A stretch of DNA of 64,000 bases from Thermoanaerobaculia bacterium (lineage in GTDB: Bacteria > Acidobacteriota > Thermoanaerobaculia > UBA5066), in contig CAWFJJ010000025.1 in NCBI GenBank assembly GCA_963816185.1, forward strand, positions 64,001 to 128,000, written 5' to 3'. Below, one piece after another: positions 9,103 to 18,044 of the stretch. Both the position numbers and the translations under genes were made by a program. Within the stretch, counting starts at the first letter, position 1, and every line of letters begins with the position of its first letter. The notes beneath the pieces were generated by a model that had not been told where the DNA came from, did not search any database, and worked only from the letters and a program-made list of their open reading frames with translations.

Positions 9103-10107
9103 ATGCGCTGCCGGATCATCCCGCTCGTGGCCGGGTTCGCCCTTGCCGTCGGTGTCTCCGCCCCGGCCTTCGTCCTCGTCCCTCCCGATCGCCCGCTCGG
9201 AGTCGGAGACGTCGCTCCGGTGCTCGAGGTCGAGGCATGGCTTCACGGTGAGCCCGTGAATCTCTTCTCACCCGGCACCGTGTACGTGATCGAGTTCTGG
9301 GCCACGTCGTGCGGGCCGTGCGTCGCAAACGTCCCGCACCTCACGGAGCTTGCACGCGCGTATCCGGGCCGTGTGACGGTTATCGGCGCGACGAGCCCGG
9401 ACCGATCGGGGAACACGCTCGACGCAGTCGGGAAATTCATTGCGGCCAAGGGTGCGCAACTTTCGTATCACATCGCCTGGCTGCCGGCGTCCATGGGGCC
9501 GGCGGGCGAGGCCGGCATCCCCTTCAACCCCTGGTTCCGGCAGGCGGGAATGGCGAGCCTCGAGTCGCTCCCGGCCGCATTCATCGTCGACGGCCGCGGG
9601 CGCATCGCATACATCGGCGACCCCCTGACGTTGGAGGCGCCGCTCAAACGGATCATCGCGGGCGACTGGGATCTCGCCGCTGCACGGCGGCGCTGGGACG
9701 AAAGCCGTCGCGCCGAGTCGCTGCGCCAGCAGCTCGAGTCGCTCCTCCTCTCGGCGGATGTCGCGCCGGCGCGCGCGCTCGCGTTTCAGATCGTGCGCGT
9801 CCGGAGCGGCGACGATCCGCGGATTCTCAGCCTCGTGGCGTCGTCCATCGCGGCGTCTCCCCTGAAGGCGGATCGTGCTCTTCTCGACATCGCGTTCGAG
9901 GCGGCCGCTCGTTCGATTGCTCTCACGCGGCGCAAGGCGCCCGGAATGCTCGACGTACTCGCCCGGATCCAGTTCCTGCGCGGGGACGTGGCCGGGGCGA
10001 TCGAAACGGAGGAGGCCGCGGTCGCCCTCTCCGAAGGCGGCATGCAAGAGGCCGAGAAGAGGACGCTCGCCGAGTTCCGGTCGGCCGCGCCGCACGGCCC
10101 GAGATAG
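9103..10107 (+). CDS. Secreted TlpA/redoxin protein with a C-terminal helical (TPR-like) region
   Basis: Signal peptide; VIEFWATSCGPC, LPAAFIVDGRGRIAYIG; C-terminal MLDVLARIQFLRGDVAGAI. Confidence 0.82.
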   Translation: MRCRIIPLVAGFALAVGVSAPAFVLVPPDRPLGVGDVAPVLEVEAWLHGEPVNLFSPGTVYVIEFWATSCGPCVANVPHLTELARAYPGRVTVIGATSPDRSGNTLDAVGKFIAAKGAQLSYHIAWLPASMGPAGEAGIPFNPWFRQAGMASLESLPAAFIVDGRGRIAYIGDPLTLEAPLKRIIAGDWDLAAARRRWDESRRAESLRQQLESLLLSADVAPARALAFQIVRVRSGDDPRILSLVASSIAASPLKADRALLDIAFEAAARSIALTRRKAPGMLDVLARIQFLRGDVAGAIETEEAAVALSEGGMQEAEKRTLAEFRSAAPHGPR

Positions 10108-10206
10108 CGCGCCGCCCGCGCGACTCCGGAACGCCGGCCGGGCTCCCGCCCCTTGAAGCATCTGCCTCAGGAATATTTTTCGGACCTTTGCGTTACTCTT
10201 GCAGCG

Positions 10207-10593
10207 ATGGCGCGCTCGTCCGGACCCGCATTTCGCCTTCGAGGCGCGGTCGCGGCTCTCGCCGCGCTGCTCGTATCGGTGTCGGCGCTCGCCGTCCCTC
10301 CCTCTTCCGCGAAGGCGCCGCAATGCCCGATGTCCGGAGCGCCGACGTGCTGCTGCACGGAAGGGAGCGGTCCGCAGGACTCCTCCGCGGGGTGCTGCCG
10401 CCGGGCCGTGCCCGAGGAGACGGCGCCCTCGGTTCAAGCGACCGCCTCCGCCGCCTTTTCGGCGCCCGCCGCAACGGCGAGCGATCTGCCTGATCTTCCT
10501 CTCGCCACGTCGCTTGCGGGTCCGGCGCACCGAGTCGCGCCGCGCGCCCGGTCGGCTCCTCTCTTCCTCCTTTTCGCGGTTTTCTTGATCTGA
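10207..10593 (+). CDS. Cys-rich exported leader ORF upstream of the cus genes (CruR/CutF/DUF2946-like)
   Basis: Hydrophobic N-terminus, QCPM..TCCC..GCC cluster, C-terminal RARSAPLFLLFAVFLI. Confidence 0.65.
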   Translation: MARSSGPAFRLRGAVAALAALLVSVSALAVPPSSAKAPQCPMSGAPTCCCTEGSGPQDSSAGCCRRAVPEETAPSVQATASAAFSAPAATASDLPDLPLATSLAGPAHRVAPRARSAPLFLLFAVFLI

Positions 10594-10615
10594 TCCCTCG
10601 TCGAATCGTTCTCGC

Positions 10616-10633
10616 GCCGTCCGAAAGGACGGC
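10616..10633 (+). promoter_or_regulatory. Stem-loop GCCGTCC-GAAA-GGACGGC between the leader ORF and the tolC/cusC-like gene
   Basis: Perfect 7-bp stem with a GNRA loop, ~30 nt before the ATG at 10665. Confidence 0.5.
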
Positions 10634-10664
10634 TCCGTGAGGCTTTTCGTGCGAGGAGATCCAG

Positions 10665-12044
10665 ATGGTCGACAGAAGAAGAGAAGAGAAGAAAGAATTT
10701 CTTAGAAGGTCCCGAGCGGCGGCTGCCGGCACTCTGCTCCTGTTGTGCCTCGGTTCGGCGAGCGCAAGGGCAGTCGAGCCCGTCGAAAGCATTGTGCCTT
10801 CGGCGGCGGCTTCGGCCGAAGTCGACGCGCTGGTCGCAGAGGCGCTCGCGAAGAACCCGGACCTCGCCGCGGCGAAGCAGGAAGCTGCGGCCGCCCGTTC
10901 GCGGGTCTCTCCCGCCGGCGCTCTGCCGGATCCGATGTTGAGCGTCACGTACGAGAACGACGGAACGAGCCTGTCGCTCGGCGTCGAACAGATGACGCGT
11001 CTCTCCTTCATGGCGCAGCAGGCGTTCCCGTTTCCGGGAAAGCTCGCGCTCGCCGAGAAGGTCGCGAGCCTGGATGCGGGGCGCGGCGCGACGCGGCCCG
11101 AGCGCGTGGCCCTGACGCTGGAAGCCGCCGTGCGGCGCGCGTACGCCGATCTCCTCGAGGCTCGCGAGGACCTGAAGCTCGTGGACGAGCAGATCGCGAC
11201 GTGGCGCGACATCGAGGAGGACCTCCGCGCCCGCTATTCGGCGGGACTGGGAACGCAGCAGGACGTCCTGCGCGCCCAGGCCGAGAGGACGCGCCTTCTC
11301 CAGCAGCGCCGCCGTGACGAGGCAGCCGAGAAGAGCGCCGTGAGCGCCCTGAACCAGCTTCTCTACCGGCCCGCCGAGAGCCCTCTCCCGACGAAGAACG
11401 AGCTGATTCCCGGCGCTCGCCCCGGCGTCCCCTCAGGGCACGAGGCCGTCGAGGAGGCGCTGAAGATGACGCCCGAGCTGAAGGATGCAGCGCTCGCGAA
11501 GGACCGCGCGAAAGCGGCTGCGGATCTCGCGCGGCGCAACCTGAAGCCCGACTTCGTCGCCTCCGCGGCTTACATGAACCGGGGAGGATTGCCGCTGATG
11601 TGGTCGGCGGGCGTCGGGGTCTCGGTCCCGCTCTGGGCCGGAAAGAAGCAGAGACCGCTGATCGTCGAAGCGGAGGCGCTCGGGGAGGCGGCTTCGGCGA
11701 CCGAAGCCTCCTTACGCCGCCAGATCGAGGCGCGGACCGAGGAAAGGCTGATCCGGGTCGAGCAGCTCGCCGCCGAGGCGAAGCTCGACGCAGAAGGCGT
11801 GCTCGTGCAGGACAAGCTGTCCGTCGACGCGGCGCTCGCGAGCTATCGGACCGGCTCGGTTCCGTTCGTCACCGTGCTCGAGGCGCTCGGCACGTACTTC
11901 ATCGACCGCCGCGCGGCTGTGTCGCGCCTCGCCGGCTTCATCCGCGCCGAGGCCGACCTCAACGAATTCTCCCTCGACCGCGCGGGGCCCGCCGGGATGG
12001 CGTCCTCACCCGGTCCCTCCTTCGGCGCCGCCCCCAGGATGTAG
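10665..12044 (+). CDS. TolC/CusC-family outer-membrane efflux protein
   Basis: ALAKNPDL, GALPDPML, QAFPFPGKL, SVPLW; Met-containing loops; first gene of the RND operon. Confidence 0.9.
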   Translation: MVDRRREEKKEFLRRSRAAAAGTLLLLCLGSASARAVEPVESIVPSAAASAEVDALVAEALAKNPDLAAAKQEAAAARSRVSPAGALPDPMLSVTYENDGTSLSLGVEQMTRLSFMAQQAFPFPGKLALAEKVASLDAGRGATRPERVALTLEAAVRRAYADLLEAREDLKLVDEQIATWRDIEEDLRARYSAGLGTQQDVLRAQAERTRLLQQRRRDEAAEKSAVSALNQLLYRPAESPLPTKNELIPGARPGVPSGHEAVEEALKMTPELKDAALAKDRAKAAADLARRNLKPDFVASAAYMNRGGLPLMWSAGVGVSVPLWAGKKQRPLIVEAEALGEAASATEASLRRQIEARTEERLIRVEQLAAEAKLDAEGVLVQDKLSVDAALASYRTGSVPFVTVLEALGTYFIDRRAAVSRLAGFIRAEADLNEFSLDRAGPAGMASSPGPSFGAAPRM

Positions 12045-12056
12045 GAAAGAACGAAC

Positions 12057-13466
12057 ATGAAATCACCGCGTCTCACCCGAGTCCTCCTCGTCGTCGCTCT
12101 CGCCGCCGCCCTCGTGCCGGCCGTCGCCCTCCTGCCGGGATGCACGCAGAAGGGAGCGGAGACCGCCGTGGCGAGGAAATACACGTGCGTGATGCACCCG
12201 CAGATCATCCGCGACAAGCCCGGAGATTGCCCGATCTGCGGCATGAAGCTCGTACCGATCGATCCGCACCGCACGCCCGCGCCGGCCGCACCCGTCACGA
12301 AGTCGGCGCCAGGGACACGCAAGATCCTCCTCTACCGCTCGCCCATGAACCCTGCCGAGACCTCGCCCGTGCCGAAGAAAGACTCGATGGGGATGGACTT
12401 CGTGCCCGTCTACGAGGACGAGGCCCAGGGTGCGACCGGAGGCCCGGAGGGCCTCGCACCCGTCACGATCGACGCTCAGAAGAGGCAGCTCCTCGGTCTG
12501 AAGACGGTCGCGGTGCGGCGCGGTCCGTTCGAGACTTCGATCCGGACCACGGGCCGGGTCGCGGCGGACGAGCGGCGTGTCCACCACGTTCACACGCGCT
12601 TCGAAGCGTTCGTCGAGCACGTCACCGCCGACTTCACCGGCAAGTACGTCCACAAGGGCGAGGCGCTCGCGTACCTGTACAGCCCGGACCTCTACGCGAC
12701 ACAGGAGGAGTACCTCCTCGCTCTCAAGGCATCGCGGTCGCTCGGAACGTCGGGAGTCTCGTCGGTCGCGCAGGGCGGCCAGGATCTGCTGGCCGCCGCG
12801 CGCCAGCGGCTTCTCCTCTGGGAGATCGCGCCGGCCGACATCGAGCGGATCGAGAAGAACGGTGCGCCGATCCGCGCCCTTCCCGTCTACGCGCCGATCT
12901 CGGGATACGTGACCGCCCGCACGGCCTATCACGGCATGAAGGTGGGGCCGTCCGACACGCTGTTCGACATCCTCGACCTTTCGCACGTCTGGGTCATCGC
13001 GGACGTCTACGAGTACGAGCTGCCGCGCCTCTCGGTCGGGCAGCGGGCGACGATGACGCTCTCGTACTGGCCGGGGCGCGTCTGGAACGGCACGGTGACG
13101 TACGTCTACCCGGCCGTCGACGAGAAGACGCGGACGGTGAAGGTCCGCATCGAGCTCGACAACCCGAAGGGGGAGCTGAAGCCCGAGATGTTCGCGGACG
13201 TGACGATCCACGGCAAGACGCGTGATGTGCTCCAGGTCCCCGATGACGCAGTCCTCGAGAGCGGCACGCGAAACGTCGTCTTCGTCGACCTCGGCGAGGG
13301 GAAGCTCCTGCCGCGGGAGGTGACCCTGGGCGACCGCGGCAACGGGGCCTTCGAAGTCAAATCCGGCCTTGCCGCCGGCGATATTGTGGTCCGAGGCGCC
13401 AACTTCCTCGTCGATTCCGAGTCGCGCCTCAAGGCCGCCATCTCGGCGATGGGGGCCTCGAAATGA
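12057..13466 (+). CDS. cusB: CusB-like RND membrane fusion protein with heavy-metal-binding domains
   Basis: YTCVMHPQI..PGDCPICGMKL, YRSPMNP..KKDSMGMDFVP, YSPDL..QEEY, LKPEMF. Confidence 0.92.
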   Translation: MKSPRLTRVLLVVALAAALVPAVALLPGCTQKGAETAVARKYTCVMHPQIIRDKPGDCPICGMKLVPIDPHRTPAPAAPVTKSAPGTRKILLYRSPMNPAETSPVPKKDSMGMDFVPVYEDEAQGATGGPEGLAPVTIDAQKRQLLGLKTVAVRRGPFETSIRTTGRVAADERRVHHVHTRFEAFVEHVTADFTGKYVHKGEALAYLYSPDLYATQEEYLLALKASRSLGTSGVSSVAQGGQDLLAAARQRLLLWEIAPADIERIEKNGAPIRALPVYAPISGYVTARTAYHGMKVGPSDTLFDILDLSHVWVIADVYEYELPRLSVGQRATMTLSYWPGRVWNGTVTYVYPAVDEKTRTVKVRIELDNPKGELKPEMFADVTIHGKTRDVLQVPDDAVLESGTRNVVFVDLGEGKLLPREVTLGDRGNGAFEVKSGLAAGDIVVRGANFLVDSESRLKAAISAMGASK

Positions 13467-16400
13467 TCCGCCGGATCATCCGCTTCTCCGCCGAGAACAA
13501 GTATCTCGTCATCGCGCTCTACGCGATCATCATCGTTCTCGCCGTGGGCGTCATCCGCAGGACGCCGCTCGACGCCATCCCCGACCTCTCGGACACGCAG
13601 GTCATCATCTATTCCCGTTGGGACCGGAGTCCCGACATCCTCGAGGACCAGGTCACGTATCCGATCGTCACCTCGCTTCTCGGCGCGCCGAAGGTGAAGA
13701 CGATCCGGGGCTTCTCGGACTTCGGGTTCTCGTACGTCTACGTGATCTTCGAAGACGGGACGGACCTCTACTGGGCCCGCTCTCGAGTCCTCGAGTACCT
13801 GTCGAAGATCCAGGGGAAGCTGCCGGCCGGCGTCAGGACGGAGCTGGGCCCTGACGCGACGAGCGTGGGCTGGGTCTTCCAGTACGCCCTCGTCGACACG
13901 AGCGGGAAGAACTCGACGCAGGACCTTCGGAGCTATCAGGACTGGTTCCTCCGCTACGCGGTGCAGTCGGTTCCCGGCGTGGCCGAGGTCGCCACGATCG
14001 GCGGAACACAAAAACAGTATCAGGTGACCGTGGACCCGAACACGCTCTCGGCATACGGCCTGCCCCTCGAGTCTGTCGTCGAGGCAATCCGCAAGAGCAA
14101 CAACGAGATCGGCGGACGCCTCATCGAGTTCTCGGGGCGGGAATACATGGTCAGGGGCCGCGGCTATCTGAAGACGGTCGGGGACATCGAAAAGATCGTC
14201 GTCAAGACGAACGAGAAGGGAACGCCGCTGACGGTGGGAGACATAGGCCACGTCTCCCTCGGCCCCGAGATCCGCCGCGGGGTCACGGACCTCGACGGGA
14301 AGGGCGACGTCGTCGGCGGCATCGTCGTGATGCGGAGCGGCGAGAACGCGCTCGCGGTGATCGAGCGGGTCAAGCAGAAGCTGAAGGAGATCGAGCCGTC
14401 GCTCCCCCCGGGCGTCAAGGTCGTCACGACGTACGACCGGTCCGACCTCATCGAGCGGGCGGTCGGCACGCTGAAAGACAAGCTGACCGAAGAGGTGATC
14501 GTCGTCTCGATCGTCATCTTCGTGTTTCTCTGGCACGTCCCCTCCGCCGTCGTGCCCGTCCTGACGATCCCGGTCTCCATCCTCCTCGCCTTCATTCCGT
14601 TCAACGCGCTCGGCCTGAACATCAACATCATGTCGCTCGGCGGGATCGCGATCTCGATCGGCGTTCTCGTCGACGGCGCGATCGTGGAGGTGGAGAACGC
14701 CTACAAGAAGCTGCAACAATGGAACGACGGGGGCCGGCCCGGCGACTTTCACCAGGTGCGACTCAACGCGCTCATGGAGGTCGGGCCTTCGGTCTTCTTC
14801 TCGCTCCTCGTGATCGCCGTCGCGTTTCTACCGGTCTTCACGCTCGTGGACCAGGAAGGGCGGCTTTTCAAGCCGCTCGCCTACTCGAAGAACCTGGCCA
14901 TGGCCATCGCCGCTCTTCTGGCCATCACGTTGAATCCCGCCGTGCGGATGCTCTTCGTCCGGATGGACTATTTCAAGTTCCGCCCGAGGTGGCTCGCCTG
15001 GATCGTGAACCAACTCGTCGTCGGCAGGTACTACGCCGAGGAGAAGCACCCCATCAGCGTTCTCCTCAACCGGTTGTACGAGCGTCCCTGCCGTGCGGTG
15101 CTTCGGCACCCGAAGAAGACGATCGCGATCGCCCTCCTCGCGATGCTCGCGACGGTTCCGGTCTTCCTGAAGCTGGGATCGGAGTTCATGCCGCCGCTTT
15201 ACGAAGGCTCGATCCTCTACATGCCGACGACCCTGCCCGGGATCTCCGTGACGGAGACCGAGCGTCTCCTCCAGGTGCAGGACCGCATCCTGAAGTCGTT
15301 CCCCGAAGTCGAACGCGTCTTCGGAAAGGCGGGGCGTGCCGATTCGTCGACCGACCCGGCGCCTTTCTCGATGATGGAGACGACCGTCATCCTGAAGGGA
15401 GAGAGCGAGTGGCGGAGGAAGGAGCGCTGGTACTCGTCCTGGGCGCCGGATTGGCTGGCCCGAAGCCTCCGGCACGTCTGGAGCGACCGCATCTCGCACG
15501 ACGAGCTGGTCGACGAGATGGACGCCGCCCTGAAGATCCCCGGTACCACGAACGCCTGGACGATGCCGATCAAGAACAGGATCGACATGCTCTCGACCGG
15601 CATCCGGACGCCGATCGGCATCAAGGTGTTTGGCTCGGACCTGAAGGAGATCGAGCGCATCGGGACCGAGATCGAGGCGGCCGTGAAGACTGTCCCGGCC
15701 ACGCGGTCGGTCTTCGCCGAGCGGGTCGCGGGCGGCTACTTCATCGACTTCGACCTGAACCGCGATGCTCTGGCCCGCTACGGCCTCACCGTGGACGACG
15801 CGAACGCCGTGATCATGACGGCGATCGGCGGCGAGACGGTCACGACGGTGATCGAGGGGCGGGAGCGGTACTCCGTCAACGTGCGCTACCCGCGCGAGCT
15901 GCGCGAGGACCTCGACCGGCTCTCGCGCGTCCTGGTCCCGACGATGTCGGGGGCGCAGGTGCCGCTCGCCCAGCTCTCGACCATCCGCCAGGTCCAGGGG
16001 CCCGCCATGATCCGGAACGAGAACGGCCTCCTGTCCGGTTACGTATACGTGGACTTCGACACGTCGAAAGAGGACGTCGGCGGGTATGTCGAGAAAGCGA
16101 AGGAAGTCGTTGCGAAGAGCGTGCAGGTGCCTCCGGGGTACACGCTCTCCTGGAGCGGCCAGTACGAGAACATGATTCGCGTCAAGGAGCGCCTGAAGGT
16201 CGTCATCCCCGTGACGCTCGTTCTGATCTGGCTCCTGATGTACGCGAACACGAAGTCGGCGATGAAGACGATGATCGTCCTCCTCGCCGTCCCCTTCTCT
16301 CTCATCGGTGCCGTCTGGTTCCTGTGGCTGCTCGGCTACAACCTCTCGATCGCCGTCTGGGTCGGGATCATCGCCCTCATGGGCCTCGACGCCGAGACGG

Positions 16401-16750
16401 GCATCTTCATGCTGCTGTTTCTCGACCTCGCGCACGAGGAGGCGAAGGCGAAGGGGCTGCTGAGGAACCGGGCCGAGCTGATCGAATCGATCATCCACGG
16501 GGCGGTCAAGCGCGTGAGACCGAAGGCGATGACCGTCTTCGCGGCCTTTTTCGGGCTGATTCCGATCATGTGGTCGATGGGCGCCGGCGCAGACCTGATG
16601 AAGCGCATCGCGGCCCCGATGGTCGGCGGCCTCGTGACGTCGTTCGCGCTCGAGCTCCTCGTCTACCCGGCCATCTACATGCTCTGGAAGCAGCGCGAGC
16701 TGCCGGGGGAGACTGTCGTCCCCTCCGCCCCAGAGGCCGTCACGCCATGA
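13463..16750 (+). CDS. cusA: CusA-family Cu(I)/Ag(I) RND transporter
   Basis: DAIPDLSDTQVI, EDQVTYP, GSEFMPPLYEG, TDPAPFSMMET, KRVRPKAMT, MKRIAAPMVGG. Confidence 0.96.
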   Translation: MIRRIIRFSAENKYLVIALYAIIIVLAVGVIRRTPLDAIPDLSDTQVIIYSRWDRSPDILEDQVTYPIVTSLLGAPKVKTIRGFSDFGFSYVYVIFEDGTDLYWARSRVLEYLSKIQGKLPAGVRTELGPDATSVGWVFQYALVDTSGKNSTQDLRSYQDWFLRYAVQSVPGVAEVATIGGTQKQYQVTVDPNTLSAYGLPLESVVEAIRKSNNEIGGRLIEFSGREYMVRGRGYLKTVGDIEKIVVKTNEKGTPLTVGDIGHVSLGPEIRRGVTDLDGKGDVVGGIVVMRSGENALAVIERVKQKLKEIEPSLPPGVKVVTTYDRSDLIERAVGTLKDKLTEEVIVVSIVIFVFLWHVPSAVVPVLTIPVSILLAFIPFNALGLNINIMSLGGIAISIGVLVDGAIVEVENAYKKLQQWNDGGRPGDFHQVRLNALMEVGPSVFFSLLVIAVAFLPVFTLVDQEGRLFKPLAYSKNLAMAIAALLAITLNPAVRMLFVRMDYFKFRPRWLAWIVNQLVVGRYYAEEKHPISVLLNRLYERPCRAVLRHPKKTIAIALLAMLATVPVFLKLGSEFMPPLYEGSILYMPTTLPGISVTETERLLQVQDRILKSFPEVERVFGKAGRADSSTDPAPFSMMETTVILKGESEWRRKERWYSSWAPDWLARSLRHVWSDRISHDELVDEMDAALKIPGTTNAWTMPIKNRIDMLSTGIRTPIGIKVFGSDLKEIERIGTEIEAAVKTVPATRSVFAERVAGGYFIDFDLNRDALARYGLTVDDANAVIMTAIGGETVTTVIEGRERYSVNVRYPRELREDLDRLSRVLVPTMSGAQVPLAQLSTIRQVQGPAMIRNENGLLSGYVYVDFDTSKEDVGGYVEKAKEVVAKSVQVPPGYTLSWSGQYENMIRVKERLKVVIPVTLVLIWLLMYANTKSAMKTMIVLLAVPFSLIGAVWFLWLLGYNLSIAVWVGIIALMGLDAETGIFMLLFLDLAHEEAKAKGLLRNRAELIESIIHGAVKRVRPKAMTVFAAFFGLIPIMWSMGAGADLMKRIAAPMVGGLVTSFALELLVYPAIYMLWKQRELPGETVVPSAPEAVTP

Positions 16751-16767
16751 AAACGAAAGGAGACACC

Positions 16768-17241
16768 ATGAAGATCTCACGAAGCTGCCTCGCCGCCCTG
16801 CTGCTGCTGCTCGGAGCGGGGCTCGCCGTCGGCGCTCCCGATGCGAAGCCCCCCGCCTCGAAGAAGCCCGCGACCGCTCAAGACGTCCGCGCCCTGACCA
16901 GGCAATACATCGCGTGGTCGGACGCGATCTCCCTCACCCCCGAGCAGCAGAAGATCAAGGAGGAAGTCCTCTCGTCGATTCCGACGACGTGCTGCAAGAA
17001 GTTCTCGATGCTCACGTGCTGCTGCGCGTGCAACATGGCAAAAGCGATCTGGGGTCTTTCGAATCACATGTTGGCCCACGAGGGCGCGGACGCAAAACAC
17101 CTCCGCTTGGCAGTCCTGGAGTGGACTCGACTCGTCGGCAAGAGCGGCTTCACCGGCGATGCGTGCTTCAAGGGAGGCTGCGCGCGCCCGTTCGCCGAGA
17201 ACGGTTGCGGCGGTATGGACAGCGAGAAGGTGGTGTTCTAG
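16768..17241 (+). CDS. Secreted Cys-rich hypothetical protein
   Basis: AAGGAG RBS, signal peptide; TTCCKK, TCCCACN, ACFKGGC, NGCGGM. Confidence 0.8.
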   Translation: MKISRSCLAALLLLLGAGLAVGAPDAKPPASKKPATAQDVRALTRQYIAWSDAISLTPEQQKIKEEVLSSIPTTCCKKFSMLTCCCACNMAKAIWGLSNHMLAHEGADAKHLRLAVLEWTRLVGKSGFTGDACFKGGCARPFAENGCGGMDSEKVVF

Positions 17242-17272
17242 GAGAGAGCCTCAGAGACGAATGCTCGCTTCA

Positions 17273-17304
17273 TTAATCCGTTTCTAAGCTCCCGAGGATA
17301 GCTT
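17273..17304 (+). promoter_or_regulatory. OmpR-type tandem box plus -10 element, copy 1
   Basis: TTAAT-N6-CTAAG-N10-TAGCTT upstream of the response regulator. Confidence 0.62.
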
Positions 17305-17369
17305 GATACGTATATGAGGAGCCGCACCGATCGCCGCCGAGGCGGACGCGAGTCTGCGTCAGGAACGCG

Positions 17370-18044
17370 ATGAGAGTCCTCGTCGTCGAGGACGACCGAA
17401 AGCTGGCAGCCGTCATTCAACAGGGGCTGAAGGAAAGCGGCTTCGCCGTGGACGCCGCCGAAGACGGCCTCCAAGGGCTGGCCCTCGCACTCGAGACGGA
17501 GTACGACGCGATCGTCCTGGATGTCATGCTTCCCTCCCGAAGCGGCTTCGACGTCGTGAAGGAGCTCCGCGCCCGCCACAGGGTGGCACCGGTCCTGATC
17601 CTGAGCGCGCGATCCGGGGTCGAAGACAGGATCAAGGGGCTCGACCTGGGAGCCGACGACTACCTTGCAAAGCCGTTTGCTTTCCAGGAGCTGCTTGCCC
17701 GACTTCGGGCGATCACCCGGCGGCCTGCTGTAGAGCCGATCTCGATCCTTTCAGCGGCGGATCTTCGGCTCGACACAACCCGGCGGGAGGTGACGAGGGC
17801 CGGCCGCAAGATTGACCTTACGGCCAAGGAATTTGCCCTTCTGGAGTACCTCCTCCGGAGGAAGGGGTTCGTCGTCACTCGCGGAATGATCCTCGACCAC
17901 GTCTGGAGCCTCGATTACGACGGCGGATCGGACATCGTCGAGGTCTACATCAACTATCTGCGCCGGGATGTCGACCAGAACTTCGAGCCGAAGCTCATCC
18001 ACACGATTCGTGGGGCGGGCTACGTCCTCCGGGAGACCGGTTGA
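17370..18044 (+). CDS. OmpR-family heavy-metal response regulator (CusR/CopR-like)
   Basis: VLVVEDD, LDVMLP, GLDLGADDYLAKPF, winged-helix VEVYINYLR..LIHTIRGAGY. Confidence 0.93.
   Translation: MRVLVVEDDRKLAAVIQQGLKESGFAVDAAEDGLQGLALALETEYDAIVLDVMLPSRSGFDVVKELRARHRVAPVLILSARSGVEDRIKGLDLGADDYLAKPFAFQELLARLRAITRRPAVEPISILSAADLRLDTTRREVTRAGRKIDLTAKEFALLEYLLRRKGFVVTRGMILDHVWSLDYDGGSDIVEVYINYLRRDVDQNFEPKLIHTIRGAGYVLRETG

Noticed and set aside
8476-17241. Selenocysteine recoding in the thioredoxin-like or Cys-rich proteins
   Set aside because: The CxxC motifs use ordinary Cys codons, and no in-frame TGA was seen at a catalytic position
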